This document shows, in pieces, positions 29,115-32,000 of a stretch of DNA of 32,000 nt. This DNA comes from Candidatus Thorarchaeota archaeon (GTDB lineage: Archaea; Asgardarchaeota; Heimdallarchaeia; Hodarchaeales; Hodarchaeaceae). Where the stretch lies: NCBI GenBank assembly GCA_048882505.1, contig JBHLRO010000003.1:244958-276957 (forward strand). The letters run 5' to 3'. Position 1 is the stretch's first letter; every line of letters begins with the position of its first letter. The notes beneath the pieces are model-generated. The model saw only the letters and a program-made list of their open reading frames with translations. It did no database searches and was not told the origin of the DNA. The position numbers and the translations under genes were made by a program.

Positions 29115-29253
29115 CCCAAAATTACGTTTTCTCCCTTATCCACTCGGGGGACTATCTCCTGTGTAACTGATTTTATGCATTTAAGGTGTTCTGGAAGCTC
29201 CATATGTAATGAATATATTAAGGCAATCATGTTCCCCTTAGGTGTGACCCATT

Positions 29254-29712
29254 ATGGAACAAATATGGCTTATTGAACCGCGTACTGAACGGGCTGGTCT
29301 TTTTTCGGAGGAAGAGAGTTTAAAAAAAGCGATCAAAGAAATAGCTCATCCCGATCTATCTATGAAAAGATCTACAAGAGGATTTACTCTCCTATTTCAG
29401 AATAGTCCCGCCAATCCTATGCTCGCTGGCAAAAAACGGATACAGGTCGAAAGATTATTGCATCTGACTCACTGTCATTATGTCAAGCACCTTGCGAAAC
29501 GGGTTTTAAAGGATCTAAATCTGCCCTTAGAAAATGTCTCTGATCTGGAGACGTCTTTTGAGATAACTTTCGGGGATGGCTTAAGCGAAATTACAATAAT
29601 TGTGGATAAAACAAAATGGCGTGTCACGATAAAAGCTTTAGGGATTAGTAATAACTCTGATCTTACGCACCTATCAACTTTAGCAAGTCGAATTGGGAAA
29701 GTTTCCTCATAA
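29254..29712 (+). CDS. Hypothetical soluble protein
   Basis: 152-aa ATG-initiated ORF filling the gap, with no competing long ORF and no recognised motif. Confidence 0.65.
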   Translation: MEQIWLIEPRTERAGLFSEEESLKKAIKEIAHPDLSMKRSTRGFTLLFQNSPANPMLAGKKRIQVERLLHLTHCHYVKHLAKRVLKDLNLPLENVSDLETSFEITFGDGLSEITIIVDKTKWRVTIKALGISNNSDLTHLSTLASRIGKVSS

Positions 29713-29874
29713 TTCTACTCCCGTTATGTTGTTTAATACGACACGTGCTATCGATTTACCATGCTGGTGCGTTCCTCGTGTTTCTAGTAACATCCCTACT
29801 GCATTTCAAAAGAATGGTGGCAGTCCCATACCAACAGATTTGGTTCCCAGATTTAATTAGGTAAAATTGGATTA

Positions 29875-30603
29875 TCACTTACTAATGAAGTATCTCATGT
29901 CACAAACTTCATCCCCATCTGATAACGTGTGTTCTCTCTGATATTTGCCCCCTTCTACAAGATGTTCGGCTACGGTATAATCATAGGTACACCATGTTCT
30001 TCTGAAAAAATTCATTTCTTCTTGCCCGAATTGGGCATAGAAATCATGTACTGGACATGAAAAGATATCCAGATGAAAAACGTCTCCATCTTTGTATAGT
30101 TTCGTTTTATAACCTGGTTCGCTGTATGGGAATTTCAAAGCATCTTTAAGGCGTTTTTCGAGATAGGCTACTGGATCCTTCGTCCGTAGTTTAGCCAATT
30201 TTAATCTCAACGGATCAATTATTGGAACTACACCCTTCATGGTCACACGGACTTGCCATATCAAGTCTGCGACCAGGTTAGTGGCGTAACTGGGATCTAT
30301 TTTTTCTTCAACCATGGCTCGGTATATAGCAAGGTGTATCAGTCCGCCATATTCATTCATGTAATTGCCGATATTATCATGGTCTTTGAAATAAGGTATT
30401 AGCCCTTGAATGTGCGATTCGGCCCGAAATATTATATTTTCCATTTCCTTGGCGGTGAAACGCCCGTGTTCGGGCATTCCATTCCGCCTGCATCTTGGCG
30501 TCAATATCTGAACTATGGCTTTTTTGTGAACTCCCCATGCCTTTCTACGGATTAATTTTTTGCTGAATGGTTTGAACATACCTACTTTCATTCCGTATTC
30601 CAC
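29875..30603 (-). CDS. L-2-amino-thiazoline-4-carboxylate hydrolase-family protein
   Basis: SCPVHDFY...WCTYDY...REHTLSDGDEVCDMRY, the three-Cys pattern of the ATC_hydrolase family. Alternative start ATG 30591. Confidence 0.75.
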   Translation of the reverse strand: MEYGMKVGMFKPFSKKLIRRKAWGVHKKAIVQILTPRCRRNGMPEHGRFTAKEMENIIFRAESHIQGLIPYFKDHDNIGNYMNEYGGLIHLAIYRAMVEEKIDPSYATNLVADLIWQVRVTMKGVVPIIDPLRLKLAKLRTKDPVAYLEKRLKDALKFPYSEPGYKTKLYKDGDVFHLDIFSCPVHDFYAQFGQEEMNFFRRTWCTYDYTVAEHLVEGGKYQREHTLSDGDEVCDMRYFISK

Positions 30604-30932
30604 GTAGCATCCTGGTTTCCTATTTTAAAAATATATCCAAGGAGGCAATTTGAAATAAAATGTTTTCAGAGGTGAACTTGATGCATCCACATTTATTTTA
30701 ACAGTAAATAGTGAGAAATATCCCGTGCATCTTAACAATGTGGTTTATATCGTGCTAAGGTTTTACTTCTTTTCTATAATTCATGATCATAATCTTCCCT
30801 TTCTTTCGTTCCTTATTCCTTGTTTAATCTTGGACTCCATTTACTGGCAAGACTATCTACTCATAAATCACCATTTTCAGATAGAATGACTCTAATTGGT
30901 ACCATCCTTTTGCCCGACAGAAAGTGAGGAAT

Positions 30933-31439
30933 ATGATTTGGGTAACAAGGAATTATGTACATGTGGATAGAGTAGCCTGTCCTTGGCTTATCCAGCGTTT
31001 TGTAGATACAGAGGCTGAATTCTTATTTGTTCCAGCTGAGGATGTTCAGAAAGTCGCTGATGCTGTGGGAGGGACACCGTTTGATATTAAAGGAGCAGAA
31101 TTGGGTCACGTAGGCGATCAATGTACTTTCAACGCCATAATCAAGAAATTTAATTTGAGAGATCCAGCTCTTTTGGAGCTTGCAGAGGTCGTTCGTGCGG
31201 CAGATACAGGATCTATCGAAAAAACCAATCTCGCTGTTGGTCTGGAGGCTATCGCAACTGGAATCCCGCTTGTCAGTTTTAACGATCGTGATTCGTTACA
31301 AAAGCAAATGGCCGTTTATGATTCGTTGCTAGCTTTCTTCCGATACAAACGGCTTCAAGAGCAGTATTCTGACAAAATGAAGCAAATGACTAGAAAAGAA
31401 CAGAATGAGTTTTTTAAGCAAAAGTATAGTTCACACTAG
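30933..31439 (+). CDS. Chromate-resistance ChrB C-terminal-domain (ChrF-like) protein
   Basis: WVTRNYVHVDRVACPWLIQRFVDTEAEFLFV...PFDIKGAELGH...CTFNAII...DPAL. No N-terminal ChrB DNA-binding domain. Confidence 0.85.
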   Translation: MIWVTRNYVHVDRVACPWLIQRFVDTEAEFLFVPAEDVQKVADAVGGTPFDIKGAELGHVGDQCTFNAIIKKFNLRDPALLELAEVVRAADTGSIEKTNLAVGLEAIATGIPLVSFNDRDSLQKQMAVYDSLLAFFRYKRLQEQYSDKMKQMTRKEQNEFFKQKYSSH

Positions 31440-31455
31440 TTTTGCTGTATTAAAG

Positions 31456-32000
31456 GTGTTTAAGGTTTCTAAGAACTTAAAGAGCGGATCCTCTTCTTTG
31501 CTTTTCTATCTTGTGTGCCTAGTTGGCGTTCTTGCCCTTTTAAGTAGTACAATGGCAAAAAACCCTACTCTTTCGCTCTTTGCCTCCCATTTGGGGGCTG
31601 AAGAATGGCAACTCGGTATTATCGCCGCCATTGGTCCCATTCCTGGAATTTTACTTAGTTTCCCGGCCGGAGCAGCAGCGGACAAATGGGGGAAGATGCG
31701 TATTATTCAACTCTCCTTGTTCTTTTTTGCAGCGGCCCCCTTTCTGTACCTTGTCGTGTCTGAATCTTGGCAGCTCATCCCTGTACGCTTTTTTCATGGT
31801 ATAGCTACCGCGATTTTCGGCCCTATCGTCTTGTCTCTTATCATTTCATATTATCCCATAAATAGGGCGTCAAGAATGAGCTTTTACTCCTCGTTGACCA
31901 TGGTAGGCCGTGTTATTGCCCCTGCCTTAGCTGGCTTTTTAATTACCATAGGTTCCTTTATCGCGGTATACTTAACCTGTGCGGTTTCTGGTATTGTAGC
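31456..32000 (+). CDS. MFS transporter, 5' part (runs off the window end)
   Basis: Open frame not in the ORF track: GTG 31456, then LLFYLVCLVGVLALLSSTMAKNPTLSLFASHLG...PAGAAADKWGKMR (motif A-like)...VRFFHGIATAIFGP; no stop before 32000. Confidence 0.85.
   Translation, partial: MFKVSKNLKSGSSSLLFYLVCLVGVLALLSSTMAKNPTLSLFASHLGAEEWQLGIIAAIGPIPGILLSFPAGAAADKWGKMRIIQLSLFFFAAAPFLYLVVSESWQLIPVRFFHGIATAIFGPIVLSLIISYYPINRASRMSFYSSLTMVGRVIAPALAGFLITIGSFIAVYLTCAVSGIV

Noticed and set aside
31580-31804. 74-aa plus-strand ORF
   Set aside because: It is an alternative frame inside the MFS gene (31456 to end).

Overview
An AT-rich, gene-dense accessory region of about 23 single genes or small units, most likely from an archaeon of the Asgard group (Heimdallarchaeia/Hodarchaeales-like). 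That taxonomy is an inference from TATA-like boxes, GGAGGTGA-type Shine-Dalgarno (SD) sites, PGF-like C-terminal sorting signals, beta-helix plus Ig-repeat surface proteins and the style of the winged-helix (wHTH) regulators. Stress/detox genes: katG, htpX, a GNAT, a MerB-like protein, a metallo-beta-lactamase-fold hydrolase, a ChrB-C-terminal-domain protein and an MFS transporter cut by the window end. Other enzymes: two tandem SDRs, a GH16, an NTF2-like protein and an ATC-hydrolase-family protein. Regulation and transport: two back-to-back divergent wHTH regulator/target cassettes, an ABC-2 exporter pair and a long FtsX-type permease. Three surface-anchored proteins (GH-like, Ntn-hydrolase, beta-helix/Ig adhesin-like) and one secreted Trp-rich unknown are present. 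Not in the ORF track: a triple-frameshifted Imm-5-like pseudogene (21021-21472), the partial MFS gene (31456-end) and a ~59-nt repeat dispersed in convergent intergenic gaps. I found no rRNA, tRNA, CRISPR array or intact transposase. The best novelty candidates are the orphan MerB-wHTH fusion with its divergent regulator and tandem operator-like repeat, the dispersed repeat, and the Trp-rich secreted protein cassette. I cannot show from sequence alone that the window forms one coherent new system. All family assignments are motif recall, not database searches.
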